Of a DNA stretch of 44,270 nt, positions 1 through 9,100 are shown in pieces. Both the position numbers and the translations under genes were made by a program. The number at the start of each line of letters is the position of its first letter. Within the stretch, counting starts at the first letter, position 1. The notes under the pieces were generated by a model. That model made no database searches. It saw nothing but the letters and a program-made list of their open reading frames with translations, and had not been told where the DNA came from. Origin of the DNA: a virus; the IMG/VR virus record IMGVR_UViG_3300011443_000011, positions 1-44,270 of that record, one strand, 5' to 3'.

Positions 1-123
1 CAGGATCGCGTTGAGCTGTTGCTCGGTTGTGCCTGCTCCAGCGGTGCCGATTGCTCCGACTGGGGTGCGGACTTCTGCCGGCACATCGGGTGGACCTGCG
101 GAATCGATCCAGTCGAAGAATCC
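1..123. repeat. Terminal overlap, identical to 44148..44270 (circular closure)
   Basis: The string caggatcgcgttgagctgttgctcgg...atccagtcgaagaatcc occurs at both window ends. It lies inside one continuous reading frame (the capsid gene), so it is a circularisation/assembly overlap rather than a physical DTR. Confidence 0.95.
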
Positions 124-570
124 GCGCGTGAGATAGGGTATATCCGCGGCACCCACCTGCCGGTCCTGGCCTGAGCAGAGAGTGAGTTCGATGTCGCGCT
201 TGAGTTCACGCGCGCTCTTGAACTTCGCATAGGCGTACTCGTCATCGACCGCGGCGGTCTCAACGAGTTCCTGCAGATCGGTAACGGCGTATTCGTCGCG
301 GAAAATCTGAACGTAATTGCCGATTCGTTTGCGGTTGATCGCCTTGTTGTTGAACAATTGGACATCCTGGCCTTCGGGCACGCCGCCGATTCGGGCGGGT
401 CTCAGGTTATCCACGAGCCACTCGCTGAAGACCGCTTTGGGCGCGGCCCCTTTGCGCAGAGTGGAGGTGACCGGGTAAGTCTCCGGTTCGACAATCGTGA
501 GGACATCCATGAGGTCCTCCCGGTTGCCGCCGGGCCAACTCGGATTCGAATACGTATTGGCTGCTGGCAT
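1..570 (-). CDS. Major capsid protein, 5' part (N-terminal 190 aa); the CDS wraps the junction and continues at 44147..43734
   Basis: ATG at 570..568. Translation MPAANTYSNPSWPGGNREDLMDVLTIVEPETYPVTSTLRKGAAPKAVFSEWLVDNL... matches the N-terminal pattern I recognise from HK97-fold SU10-type capsid proteins. The frame runs off position 1 and is continuous with ORF 43734..44231 through the overlap. The joined length is 984 nt (327 aa). Confidence 0.85.
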   Translation of the reverse strand, partial: MPAANTYSNPSWPGGNREDLMDVLTIVEPETYPVTSTLRKGAAPKAVFSEWLVDNLRPARIGGVPEGQDVQLFNNKAINRKRIGNYVQIFRDEYAVTDLQELVETAAVDDEYAYAKFKSARELKRDIELTLCSGQDRQVGAADIPYLTRGFFDWIDSAGPPDVPAEVRTPVGAIGTAGAGTTEQQLNAIL

Positions 571-576
571 ATTAAT

Positions 577-669
577 TAGGGGCTAGGGGAGAGGGACGAG
601 GGGCGAGGAGGGATGAGGGCAAAACCGTACGGTCTTCCCTAATCCCTAGTCTCTCATCTCTAGACCCTA
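577..669. repeat. Inverted pair of heptamer arrays (TAGGGNN type) forming an imperfect hairpin between scaffold stop and capsid start
   Basis: Left arm 577..620: TAGGGGC TAGGGGA GAGGGAC GAGGGGC GAGGAGG GATGAGG. Right arm 635..669: TTCCCTA ATCCCTA GTCTCTC ATCTCTA GACCCTA. The scaffold stop (660..662) is inside the right arm. The capsid ATG (570) is 7 nt from the left arm. Confidence 0.85.
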
Positions 670-1856
670 GCTTCACGAAGTTGACGTTTCACTGCTTGCA
701 GCCTGGCAAAATTCCTCGCGTCGGATTTCTCCTTCCATGCTTTCTCCGCAGCAGCTAGATCCGCTTCCAGGGCGCCCTTCGGCCCCGTTCTTGGCGGGGC
801 GGCTGTCGGCGCGCCGAGCACCTTTGGCGGTGGTGTGGCCGGCTTGGGTTTGGCCACTGGCGGTTTCGCCGCGGCCTTCATCCTGGCTTCCCTTGCCTCG
901 AGCCCCTCGACGAAGATCGCCGTCGCTGAAACCCAGTCCGGTCGGAGCCGGATTTGGGGGTAATCCGCGAGCGCCTTGCGAAATTTGGCGAATTGTGGCG
1001 AATTCCTATCGGTGAGCCAGGTGAACTCCCGGAGCGCCTCACTGGAGTGAGCTTGCTCAGCCCGGAGATATTCGCGCCGCCTGGGGAAGTGCTGCTCGAG
1101 GTCATCCTCGGTCGCTTCCTTCATCGCGCGGACCTGTTCCCCGGTAAATTCCCGGGTTGAATATCCGCCTTTACCATCGGGCACCTGCAGGACGCCACCT
1201 TCCGGGTTGCGCTCGCACCAACGTTTCAGGGTTCGGGCCTGAATCGCGGCCTGCTCGAGTTGCAGCTCGTTCCTGATCCCACTGGCGGGATCGGACTCGC
1301 TCACAACCACGGGCACTGGCGGTTCAGGCGCTGGCGCCGACTTGTACCGCTCCACTTCGGATTGGAGTTGCTGGCGCTCGGTCTCTGTGGCCTGGAGTTT
1401 GCGTTCCAGGTCGCCTTTCTGGCGAGTGAACCGCGCGATCCGCTTCTGGAGCCATTCCGGGGCGTCCTCTGGCAGGGCCAGGTCATCCTGGGCGGCCTCT
1501 CCCTCTTCTGAGGCACTCGGTTCTTCCGGGGCGGCCTCAGAAGAGGCGGTGTCTGACTTGTCGGACGCGTCTGACGTGTCTGACCCGTCGGACTTCTCGG
1601 ACTCTGCTGCTGCTTGAGAAAGAACAGTTGGACTTACCGTGCCAGTTTCGGGCGCGTCCGGCTGCTTCTGGGCGCTTGCCTTTGGCTGGCTTCGCGATTT
1701 CGGCGCAGACTTCGTCCCCGTCGCTTCGCGCTCCCGCAATTTGCGGCGCGCATACTCGAGGACCGAAGCGTTGCCTTCTGTGGGTGCCGGCGGAGTAGCA
1801 ACAGCGGGTGCTGCTGGTGGCGGGGCGCCGTCCCCCGCCGAGATTTCATCAGGCAT
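660..1856 (-). CDS. Probable scaffolding protein (398 aa, Ala/Pro/Glu/Ser-rich with a coiled-coil-like core)
   Basis: ATG at 1856. It sits immediately upstream of the capsid gene and downstream of the portal. It has low-complexity acidic N-terminal and basic C-terminal regions and a heptad-like middle (LERKLQATETERQQLQSEVERYK). The call rests on position and composition only. Confidence 0.5.
   Translation of the reverse strand: MPDEISAGDGAPPPAAPAVATPPAPTEGNASVLEYARRKLREREATGTKSAPKSRSQPKASAQKQPDAPETGTVSPTVLSQAAAESEKSDGSDTSDASDKSDTASSEAAPEEPSASEEGEAAQDDLALPEDAPEWLQKRIARFTRQKGDLERKLQATETERQQLQSEVERYKSAPAPEPPVPVVVSESDPASGIRNELQLEQAAIQARTLKRWCERNPEGGVLQVPDGKGGYSTREFTGEQVRAMKEATEDDLEQHFPRRREYLRAEQAHSSEALREFTWLTDRNSPQFAKFRKALADYPQIRLRPDWVSATAIFVEGLEAREARMKAAAKPPVAKPKPATPPPKVLGAPTAAPPRTGPKGALEADLAAAEKAWKEKSDARNFARLQAVKRQLREARV
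1551..1602. repeat. 9-bp-periodic GTCNGAC array A (6 units) inside the scaffold CDS
   Basis: GTCTGAC at 1551, GTCGGAC at 1560, GTCTGAC at 1569, GTCTGAC at 1578, GTCGGAC at 1587, CTCGGAC at 1596, with exact 9-nt spacing. It encodes SEKSDGSDTSDASDKSD. Confidence 0.9.
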
Positions 1857-2094
1857 TTCGAGGCCGTCCTGATTCCGGCGATCGCTTATTTCGCCGCGGC
1901 CCAGAACGTGAGGCCAAATGTCAACCGCAAGGCTGACACAGGTTCAGGGAGGTAAAACAAACGTTATCTGCTTCCATTCAGGTCCGTTTGAGCCAGATTG
2001 GGCCCGATTGAGTCCGATTTTGTTGAGTTAATTTGTGACTCGGTGTAGGTTTGAGGCACGGGCAGACCCCAAAAAGGCGGGAGCCCGGCGTAGA

Positions 2095-2376
2095 ATGATT
2101 GATCAAATTACGGCAGTCCGGGCGCTCAAAGAGGCCAAAATGCCCGAAGCGCAAGCTGAGGCGGTGGTTCAATTCATCAGCGATGCCACCACCGGGGAGA
2201 TCGCGACGAAGTCTGATCTGCGAGAGTTAGGGGTGCGTATCGGGGCGGACATCCAGGAAATAAAAGGTGAGCTATTCTGGCATCGATGGCTGTTAGGGGC
2301 GGTACTGGCGATGCAACTTGGGATTCTCGCTCTCATCGCAAATGTGCTGCTAAAGATCGCCGCGCTGAAACCATGA
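2095..2376 (+). CDS. DUF1640-like tail-anchored coiled-coil membrane protein (93 aa)
   Basis: ATG at 2095, preceded by GGCGGGAG. MIDQITAVRALKEAKMPEAQAEAVVQFI...ATKSDLRELGVRIGADIQEIKGEL is followed by a C-terminal TM helix (WLLGAVLAMQLGILALIANVLL). This pattern matches the DUF1640 proteins I recall. It is on the opposite strand to the surrounding structural genes and in visibly AT-richer DNA. Confidence 0.6.
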   Translation: MIDQITAVRALKEAKMPEAQAEAVVQFISDATTGEIATKSDLRELGVRIGADIQEIKGELFWHRWLLGAVLAMQLGILALIANVLLKIAALKP

Positions 2377-2744
2377 TCGCTGAACAGATGAGTACAGCGG
2401 AGATCGAGGCTTCGTTCATTGGAAGAGTCGAAGATATCTCTGGTGACTCTGCGTTCGTGAGCCTGCTCAATGAGAAGACTGGTGAGCGAATGGAAGCCAA
2501 GTGCAAGACGTCGATACTGCAAGAAAGTGGAATTGGGCTTGGGGACGAATTTCGGTGCGAGGTTCAACGCTCAAAGTCCGGGGTGAGTGCGCACCTGTTG
2601 CATTTGCTTCCGAAACCACTCAGCAAAGAACAAGTGGAGACATTCACGCCGAATTCAAAGACCGCTGGACTTTCTAGAATCAACCAACCCGCTTCAGCTC
2701 GGCCTCCTCGCAAATCCCGAATAACCGGGCCTCGATCGCCATGA
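2373..2744 (+). CDS. Hypothetical protein with possible S1/OB-like N-terminus (123 aa), coupled to the DUF1640 gene by ATGA
   Basis: ATG 2373 overlaps TGA 2374..2376. FIGRVEDISGDSAFVSLLNEKTGERMEAKC resembles the G-x-V-x-x-I-x-x-x-G-A-F-V motif of S1 domains. The last ~65 nt run antisense into the 2680..2964 gene, so the true C-terminus is uncertain. Confidence 0.4.
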   Translation: MIAEQMSTAEIEASFIGRVEDISGDSAFVSLLNEKTGERMEAKCKTSILQESGIGLGDEFRCEVQRSKSGVSAHLLHLLPKPLSKEQVETFTPNSKTAGLSRINQPASARPPRKSRITGPRSP

Positions 2745-2964
2745 TGGCATCCACGCCACCCAGGTAATGGGCCATGACGGTCCCAGCACTCATGCCGGCT
2801 GCCACCAGCGGCGCCGCGCCCGCTGAGATCAACTGTTGGCGATGATCATACAGCAGGCGTAGGATCGCACCGAAACGCGGATCGCGCGTCATTTCCCGAA
2901 GGGACGCCTCGAGTTGGTCCGGTGTCAAATCCAGGGCGACACTCTGAAGGTCGGTGAATTTCAC
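2680..2964 (-). CDS. Hypothetical protein (94 aa) downstream of portal
   Basis: GTG start at 2964, 5 nt after the portal stop. The composition looks coding. No motif recognised. Confidence 0.5.
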   Translation of the reverse strand: MKFTDLQSVALDLTPDQLEASLREMTRDPRFGAILRLLYDHRQQLISAGAAPLVAAGMSAGTVMAHYLGGVDAIMAIEARLFGICEEAELKRVG

Positions 2965-2969
2965 GAGAA

Positions 2970-5168
2970 TTAGGCTCCCGCTCCGACTTGTTGACTTGGC
3001 AACGTCCCAATTCTTCCGGCCTGCGGATTGACCGTCTTCTGCTCGACCGCGAATTGGAGTTGTTGCCGGTGTTTCTTCAGTAGATCGGCGACGAACTCAT
3101 TCTCGGCCGCGATCTGCATCGCGCGCGGGTTCGTTTGCATGATCTGATCGAACGTCTGGAGCCGGAGTTGATGCGCCTGGCCTGGCTTCACGTCGTTGTC
3201 GATGCCGTTCAGGAGGCCGGTGATGGTGGCGCGTTCAGCATCGACCTCAGCTTGGGCCGCGCCCTGGGGATTCTTGAGCAGACGTTCAGCGAAGCTTGGG
3301 TTGATCGCCTCGAGGCCCAGGCGCAGGAGTTGGTCCCGATCCACTGTGCCGCCGATGTCCACCGTCTGGACAAACTGGATCAGCATCTCGAATTGCTGTT
3401 TCAGCAGGTCGGGCTCGAGGCCGGCGATGTTAAAACTCAGGCTGAGATCGAACTTGCCCTGGATGTCATCGCGGCTCGCGCGGATCGGTTCGCCGTCAAG
3501 CTGGCCGGTCACCCGAAACCAGAATTCGTCCGGCATGAATTGCTGGCACAGCCCGAAGACCTGTCCCAACACCTTCGTCCAGCCTTCGAGCCAGCGCTGG
3601 GTCATCCGCATCCGGCGATTGCGGGCATAACTCGGGTCGCCATCGGCCACCGGGCGGCCAAATGCGCGATCAGCCTGTTGCTGGAGATTCTGAGAGACCT
3701 CGAAGGAGGCGGACGGCTGGTTGGGCACGTCGGCCCAGTGAAATTCGTTGGGCCGCAGCTCCGGCACACGCGCGCCTGGTCCCCAGCGGGTGGGCGGCCG
3801 GCCTGGCGGATGCATCAGGGGCGGGATGGTGGCGATATTGGTGAAATCGGTTCGGGAATCGGCCTCGACCTTGAGCAATTTCTGGAAACTGGCGCCCAGT
3901 TCGCCGTAACCGCGGGAGTCGGTGCAACGCCGGCTGAGCCGTTCCCGTGGAAATTCGACGAAGGGATATTCGCCGTGATCGTAACCGAGGCTTTCGCTGT
4001 AGGCGTAGATTTCCTTGCCGTTCCGGGTGGTGACGGTCGGCGAAAAGACGGTGCAATAGATGCCAGGCACACCGCGTTCATTGGACTTGCGCTCGTAGCA
4101 GTGTACGACCTCGTACAAATCATCGATGCTCAGGTAGGGATCGCCGGGGATTCGGCGGGTGCTCACGATGCCTTTGGCGTCACGCTGTTCGACCCCGGCA
4201 TACCAGGCCGCAGTCGATTGGCCTTTGCCTCGTTCCTTGACCTCTTTCACCCAGGTCTCGTCGTAGCCCATCGCAATCTGCCGATTGTCGAGCATCTCCG
4301 CGGTGACGAATTCACGGCGGTAAATCCGGCGGGCGTCCTGGAGTTTCTGGGTATCGTCGGGCAGGAACAGATCGAGCCGATCGCGCAAGGCGGTCACGCA
4401 CGGCTTGTTTGAGACCAGGCGCGGGACGGCGATGGTGGTCTTGCCTTCCTCGCGCAGTTCGCGGATCCCGGCGCGCACCTCCTCGTTGCTCGGTTCAGGG
4501 ATCTCCGAGTCGTAAAAGTCGCCTGTCTGCGCGGCTTGCTGGCGGTAAATCGCCTTGACGAGTGCCACTGAATCCTCGTCCCGATCCGGATCCATGATCG
4601 TCTGCGGCAAGGCGATGATCAGGTCAAGATTCGGATCCTGGCTGCCCTGTTGCCGCTGGAATTGGGCCATCATCGCGGCGTTGACGATCTGTTCCAGGCT
4701 GAATTCCTGGTCGGTGAGCTGGACCTTTCGTTCCCAGACGATTCCCGCATACGCCACGCCATCCTCAAGCATCCCATTGGCGAGGATCTCCGCTTCAGCA
4801 TCGGCATCGTCGATCTGCGAGCCCCAGAGCCATTGCAGGAATTGCGAAGTGCGCCTGGCCTTGGCGATGTCATCAAGCGCGACGGGCTTGGCCTCGGGCG
4901 TCGCCTGGTTGAACGCCATGCAAAGGATGTCCACGTCCTCGTTGATGTATTGATCCACGAGGTAGACCCTCGAATCGGTGGCGCCTTCCCACGGCACAGC
5001 CTCCTGGCCTGCGGGCATGTTCTTCTTCCATTTCTTGAGGTCAGGCGATTGGCCCGGCCAGACACAGAAACGGGTGTTGTAGTTGAGTTGGCGGCGCGAA
5101 AGGTCGTCCGCAGGGCCGTCAATGAGTTCCTGGAACTCGGTGGCGAGATCGTTGATGTCGGGGACCAT
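2970..5168 (-). CDS. Portal protein (732 aa)
   Basis: The size, its position between terminase and scaffold/capsid, and the N-terminal region ...RQLNYNTRFCVWPGQSPDLKKWKK...ATDSRVYLVDQYINEDVD resemble podovirus portal N-termini I recall. The acidic C-terminal part is also typical of portals. Confidence 0.75.
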   Translation of the reverse strand: MVPDINDLATEFQELIDGPADDLSRRQLNYNTRFCVWPGQSPDLKKWKKNMPAGQEAVPWEGATDSRVYLVDQYINEDVDILCMAFNQATPEAKPVALDDIAKARRTSQFLQWLWGSQIDDADAEAEILANGMLEDGVAYAGIVWERKVQLTDQEFSLEQIVNAAMMAQFQRQQGSQDPNLDLIIALPQTIMDPDRDEDSVALVKAIYRQQAAQTGDFYDSEIPEPSNEEVRAGIRELREEGKTTIAVPRLVSNKPCVTALRDRLDLFLPDDTQKLQDARRIYRREFVTAEMLDNRQIAMGYDETWVKEVKERGKGQSTAAWYAGVEQRDAKGIVSTRRIPGDPYLSIDDLYEVVHCYERKSNERGVPGIYCTVFSPTVTTRNGKEIYAYSESLGYDHGEYPFVEFPRERLSRRCTDSRGYGELGASFQKLLKVEADSRTDFTNIATIPPLMHPPGRPPTRWGPGARVPELRPNEFHWADVPNQPSASFEVSQNLQQQADRAFGRPVADGDPSYARNRRMRMTQRWLEGWTKVLGQVFGLCQQFMPDEFWFRVTGQLDGEPIRASRDDIQGKFDLSLSFNIAGLEPDLLKQQFEMLIQFVQTVDIGGTVDRDQLLRLGLEAINPSFAERLLKNPQGAAQAEVDAERATITGLLNGIDNDVKPGQAHQLRLQTFDQIMQTNPRAMQIAAENEFVADLLKKHRQQLQFAVEQKTVNPQAGRIGTLPSQQVGAGA

Positions 5169-5171
5169 AAA

Positions 5172-5213
5172 GGGAGTTATGAGTTGGAAGTTATGAGTTA
5201 GGAGTTTGGGTTC
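5172..5213. repeat. Tandem heptamer array (ATGAGTT/GGAAGTT type), copy 1
   Basis: GGGAGTT ATGAGTT GGAAGTT ATGAGTT AGGAGTT TGGGTTC. It lies between the portal ATG (5168) and the end of the upstream gene, and contains that gene's stop (5198..5200). Confidence 0.9.
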
Positions 5214-5515
5214 TTCGGCGGGTTATCGAGATCCAGATTCTCCATGTAATGGACGGACGATGAATCCCACTCAAGGTTGTCAGGCATCCGTTTGCCTTTG
5301 CCATACCGCTGACCTGGTCTGGCTTTGCAGCGCCATCGCACCATGGCCTGATCATTGCAATCTCCGGGACCATACCAGTGTCCGACGGCAAGCACTTCAC
5401 CGACAGGTCCGCCTTGCTGGTGTAAGAAACGAACACGCATCCCAACAAGTAAACCCGGAATGAATTCAGCGAGATTCGTGAATTTCTTCATCAGCGCACC
5501 TCTGATCCAGTTCAT
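5198..5515 (-). CDS. Hypothetical protein (105 aa)
   Basis: ATG at 5515. It is bracketed by the two ATGAGTT arrays. GMRVRFLHQQGGPVGEVLAV looks like a small beta-barrel (SH3/Tudor-like). No firm assignment. Confidence 0.5.
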   Translation of the reverse strand: MNWIRGALMKKFTNLAEFIPGLLVGMRVRFLHQQGGPVGEVLAVGHWYGPGDCNDQAMVRWRCKARPGQRYGKGKRMPDNLEWDSSSVHYMENLDLDNPPKNPNS

Positions 5516-5518
5516 TTT

Positions 5519-5553
5519 ATGAGTTATGAGTTGGAAGTTATGAGTTATGAGTT
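5519..5553. repeat. Tandem heptamer array (ATGAGTT/GGAAGTT type), copy 2
   Basis: ATGAGTT ATGAGTT GGAAGTT ATGAGTT ATGAGTT. It shares the 21-mer ATGAGTTGGAAGTTATGAGTT with copy 1 in the same orientation. It contains the stop of the 5545..5766 gene and ends 3 nt from ATG 5515. Confidence 0.9.
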
Positions 5554-5766
5554 GGCTTCGATGCGGAATTGGCCCACTTCACGTAGACCTGCGTAAATGG
5601 CTCCCCAAACACCTTCGGGGACCGCTTCAAATCCAATCTCTCTCGAGATTAACGCTTTCCGCCGACGCACGGCGGCCACGAGGTCTAATTCGTTGAAATG
5701 ATCCGGCATTCGTTCAATCCAGGTCAGATTGTTTCGGCCGACATCCTTGAAATGTACGTTGATCAT
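5545..5766 (-). CDS. Hypothetical protein (73 aa)
   Basis: ATG 5766 overlaps the stop of the upstream gene (ATGA). No motif recognised. Confidence 0.5.
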   Translation of the reverse strand: MINVHFKDVGRNNLTWIERMPDHFNELDLVAAVRRRKALISREIGFEAVPEGVWGAIYAGLREVGQFRIEANS

Positions 5767-5963
5767 TGGGCTGGTTTGAGGAGTTCGAGGACATCATCGC
5801 GCCAATAGCGGTGATGGCCCTTCGGGGTTTGCCGGGTCCGGATCCGGCAGGCCACGCGATACGTCCGGAGAGTGTCCTTGCCGCACCCCAGCAATTGCCG
5901 GGCTTCCTTCGGCGAAAGCCAAATCCGAAAGCCGTCAACGAAAAGCTGGAGGCGCGAGTTCAC
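5763..5963 (-). CDS. Small HTH DNA-binding protein, excisionase/MerR-like (66 aa)
   Basis: WLSPKEARQLLGCGKDTLRTYRVACRIRTRQTPKGHHRYWRDDVLELL fits the HTH_17/Xis-type pattern (HTH followed by a basic wing and R-Y/F-x-x-x-D-V). Confidence 0.55.
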   Translation of the reverse strand: MNSRLQLFVDGFRIWLSPKEARQLLGCGKDTLRTYRVACRIRTRQTPKGHHRYWRDDVLELLKPAQ

Positions 5964-6151
5964 TTCCCCTCCTTGTGCCTCTTCTCTTTCAATGTCCGGC
6001 CGCAGTACGGGCAGAAGTTCATTCCGTTTGCCACGGGGGAATCCTCTATCACTATGAACTTCTCATTGCACCCGGTGTCCCAGTTGCCGTCCTCGTCCTC
6101 GGTCCAGGTACAGGGTCTTTTGCTGTATTTGATGGCCGCGTCCCAGTTCAT
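5960..6151 (-). CDS. Zinc-ribbon protein (63 aa)
   Basis: Two Cys pairs (C-x13-C ... CPYC). ATGA overlaps at both ends. Confidence 0.5.
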   Translation of the reverse strand: MNWDAAIKYSKRPCTWTEDEDGNWDTGCNEKFIVIEDSPVANGMNFCPYCGRTLKEKRHKEGK

Positions 6152-9100
6152 TGCAATGACAACTGGCGGTTCGAACCATCAAACGCGCAGAACTCAATTT
6201 CCAATGGGCCTGAGCATGGGACTGTATAAGGCCAGCGCAGCGCCGTTCCATTCACAGTGATCATGTCCACACCGGCACATGCCAGCTTGCAATCCACTCG
6301 TTCGATTGAGACTGCTGTACCAGGGCCGATCGGCTTAGGATCAGGATTGGGATTGGGACCAGGATCGGGATTCCCACCGGCTACTCGCTCGAATTGAATC
6401 GTGCTGGATGATTGATTGCCTGCTGGATCGCGTGCCTCGACCTTGACGATATGAACACCCGGATTCCTGAATTCCAAGAAGGTCCCCGTCTGCCATTTGC
6501 CGACCTGTCCGTTGATGGTCAGACGGTATTGGATGTCGTTGTAGAACTTACGGCTGGTGTACTTCTGATCCGCCGCCAACCATCGAATGCGTGTGACGGG
6601 TCGAGGGTCTATCCCTGCCCTGGGATATTCACACCATACGATGTGGGGCGCCTCGGTATCGGGTACAACTGCGGCTGATCCCAACGCCTGCGCGATGGTG
6701 TTCCAATTCGGATTATTGATCAGGGACGGCTTGCCGCCATAAACGCCCGCCTGCGCGGGATTACCCCAGATGTCATAGGTCTCGCTCGTCACGCTCGTTG
6801 AATACCGGTGCCGGTCGAGTGCCCGGACAAAGAGCCAATCACCAATCCGCCAGGCCTCGCTGTGAGCTGGTGTCTGGATCTTCGCCCGCGGTCCGTCACT
6901 GATCGCCCACGCAAGTGTTGAATTAGCGCAACCCAGTGGCTTCAGGGTGTCCTGTAAATCGACCTCCGTGTACTGCGCCGAGTAACCCGTGGGATCGCCG
7001 TAATGATGGTACGAGCGATTATCGTAGAAGATGTGTTTGGCACCTCCGCCGCCGATTGTTTGCACGACATTCCACGCCTGCAGCTCGACCGCTTCATTCC
7101 ATGATTTCATGAAGTCCTCGCTGTCCCTGAATCGCAGCAACGGAATCCCGTTGTCCCTCCACGATCCACGTGCGCCGTACCACGCAGAGAATTGATAAAC
7201 GCCCGCTTCGGTGTTCCAGATTTCAGGCCCGAGATTCAGCGAGACGAATTGCTGCGAGCGGAATGAAGCATCCTCATACAAATGAACCGACAGCGCCTTG
7301 ATTCGGGACTGAGTTTCCGGGGGCAACAAGTTCCAGATTTGCGCCAGTTCGTTGGTCTGATTCACACCGGACCCTGCGATCAGATTCGCAGACTCAGGCA
7401 TCAGGGCGACTGCCTGGCGAACCATCTCGCAGTAGAAGTTATAGGTCTGCCCAGTGGGCTTCGGGATTGACCCGTCCAGGTTGGGCTCATTGGCAACTTC
7501 CCACCAATCCACCTTGCCCGCGTAATGCTTGGCGGTCTCGGATGCGTAACTCGCGAAGCGCTCGATAGCAGGCGAATTGACATACAAGGGTGAGACCTGG
7601 ATTGCGCTGCCTCGCGGGCCCGTGACGGTTCCCCCTGGATTGAAAGTCCCGGTAACATTGGTCATCTGCAGGGCCGGGCCTGTGATGCTTTGAGGAGACG
7701 CGACCCAACTGATGTAACCTGTGCCCGTTGCATGTGAGACCCGTTCGCCAGGCGCGAAGGTCCCCAGCACATTGGTCATTGTCAGATACCAGCGATTAGC
7801 CCAGGCCGCCCTCGACTGATACAGCGTCCCGAGCATCGTCTGGCCGGATTGCAGCGCCATGTCCACATCGGTTTCCTCCCATACCCACACACCATCAGAC
7901 GGCTCTATGAAGGCCCACCGGAACAGCGCAGCCGGTGATAGCGCCCGGTTCCAGCCATAAACCCTGGACGCCATCTGGTTGTTGTACCACCACTGCTCAG
8001 CATGAGCGCCCATGTAGGGATTGGGCTTCTCGTTGCGCAACCGGCAGAAGTACAGCTCGGCTTCCACTCCGTTGGTCAGCCATGCGACTGCTCTCAATGG
8101 TCCATAGGGACAATTTGATGGCAGGGTGAATTGCCCTGGCACAGCCATCGATCCGGAATGAATCCGGCGAAAGTCCGCATCGTACACCTCCACATTCGCC
8201 TGGCCTGGACTTCCGAAGACATCGAGGACGGGGACGCCTTGATATCGTCCGCCAAGCGCTGTGTTCTCAAGTCCGATCTCGACCGGGACATTCGTGCCTC
8301 GCGCGGGACCTTCGTCCAGCCGGACATCGTCCACAAACATCGTGCAAGGATTCGGGATGCCGATGTTCGGGAACTTGATGTTCACATAGTATTGAGCGGG
8401 CGCCGGATAACCCCAGAGCACGCCACTCACTGAGATCGTCTGCCAGTTGGTGGTCAGGGTCACCTGGGCGCTCGTGTAGTTGGTCTGCGGCGCCAGGTTG
8501 TAGCCCTCAGGCACGGTCACTGCGGGCAGGATCGATCCCTGGATCTTGCCGCCTGCCGGTTCGCTGCGCGCGCGGAAGCTGAGTGTGTGGCGTTTGTTGG
8601 AAGCTGGATAGAACCCTTGAGACAACAACTCCGGACCGCCTGCTGCCGTCGAGGTGCATGGCTGCGGCCTGTATTTGATCTCATGACCAGTCCACAGGTC
8701 TCGCATCGCCATGTATTTGGACTCGTTGCTGTAAAAACTCCACCCACCTGTGCCGACCTCGAATGATCCGTTATACAAGTAATTACCAACCCTCGGCGCT
8801 GATGTGTCCTCGACGCGATTGGTGGGCCAGAACTGCGCGTAATCATCCATCGTGACGATGATGTTGGTTCGCGTCGTCAGGTAGATGGCGACGATCGATC
8901 CAGGCGAAATCACCGTTGGCTTGGACAACTTGAGGTGCAGGACGTTGGTCGCCACTGGGATGCTCATCGATGACAGGATGGTCCAGTATTGGTTCTCGTC
9001 CCGGTCGTTGGCATATCCACGGCCGACAGACCCGCCAGCATCCGCCTCGATCAACAGGTTGGTGGCGCTGCCATACGCCATCACTTTGACGTAGGGGTAA

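Noticed and set aside
1-123. True direct terminal repeat (T7-like DTR)
   Set aside because: The repeat lies in the middle of the capsid coding frame and has the size of an assembler overlap. Physical genome ends inside an essential gene are unlikely. It cannot be fully excluded without reads.
358-579. 73-aa plus-strand ORF at the left end
   Set aside because: It is antisense to the capsid N-terminal coding region and starts at TTG. Its composition is not protein-like.
3135-4412. 425-aa plus-strand ORF antisense to the portal gene, and similar long antisense ORFs (23015..24034, 24329..25189, 25205..26119, 10184..10939, 29050..29766, 37656..38390)
   Set aside because: These are typical shadow ORFs of GC-rich DNA. 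They are Arg/Gly/Pro/Ala-rich, carry no motifs, and are fully nested antisense or out of frame in genes with recognisable domains.
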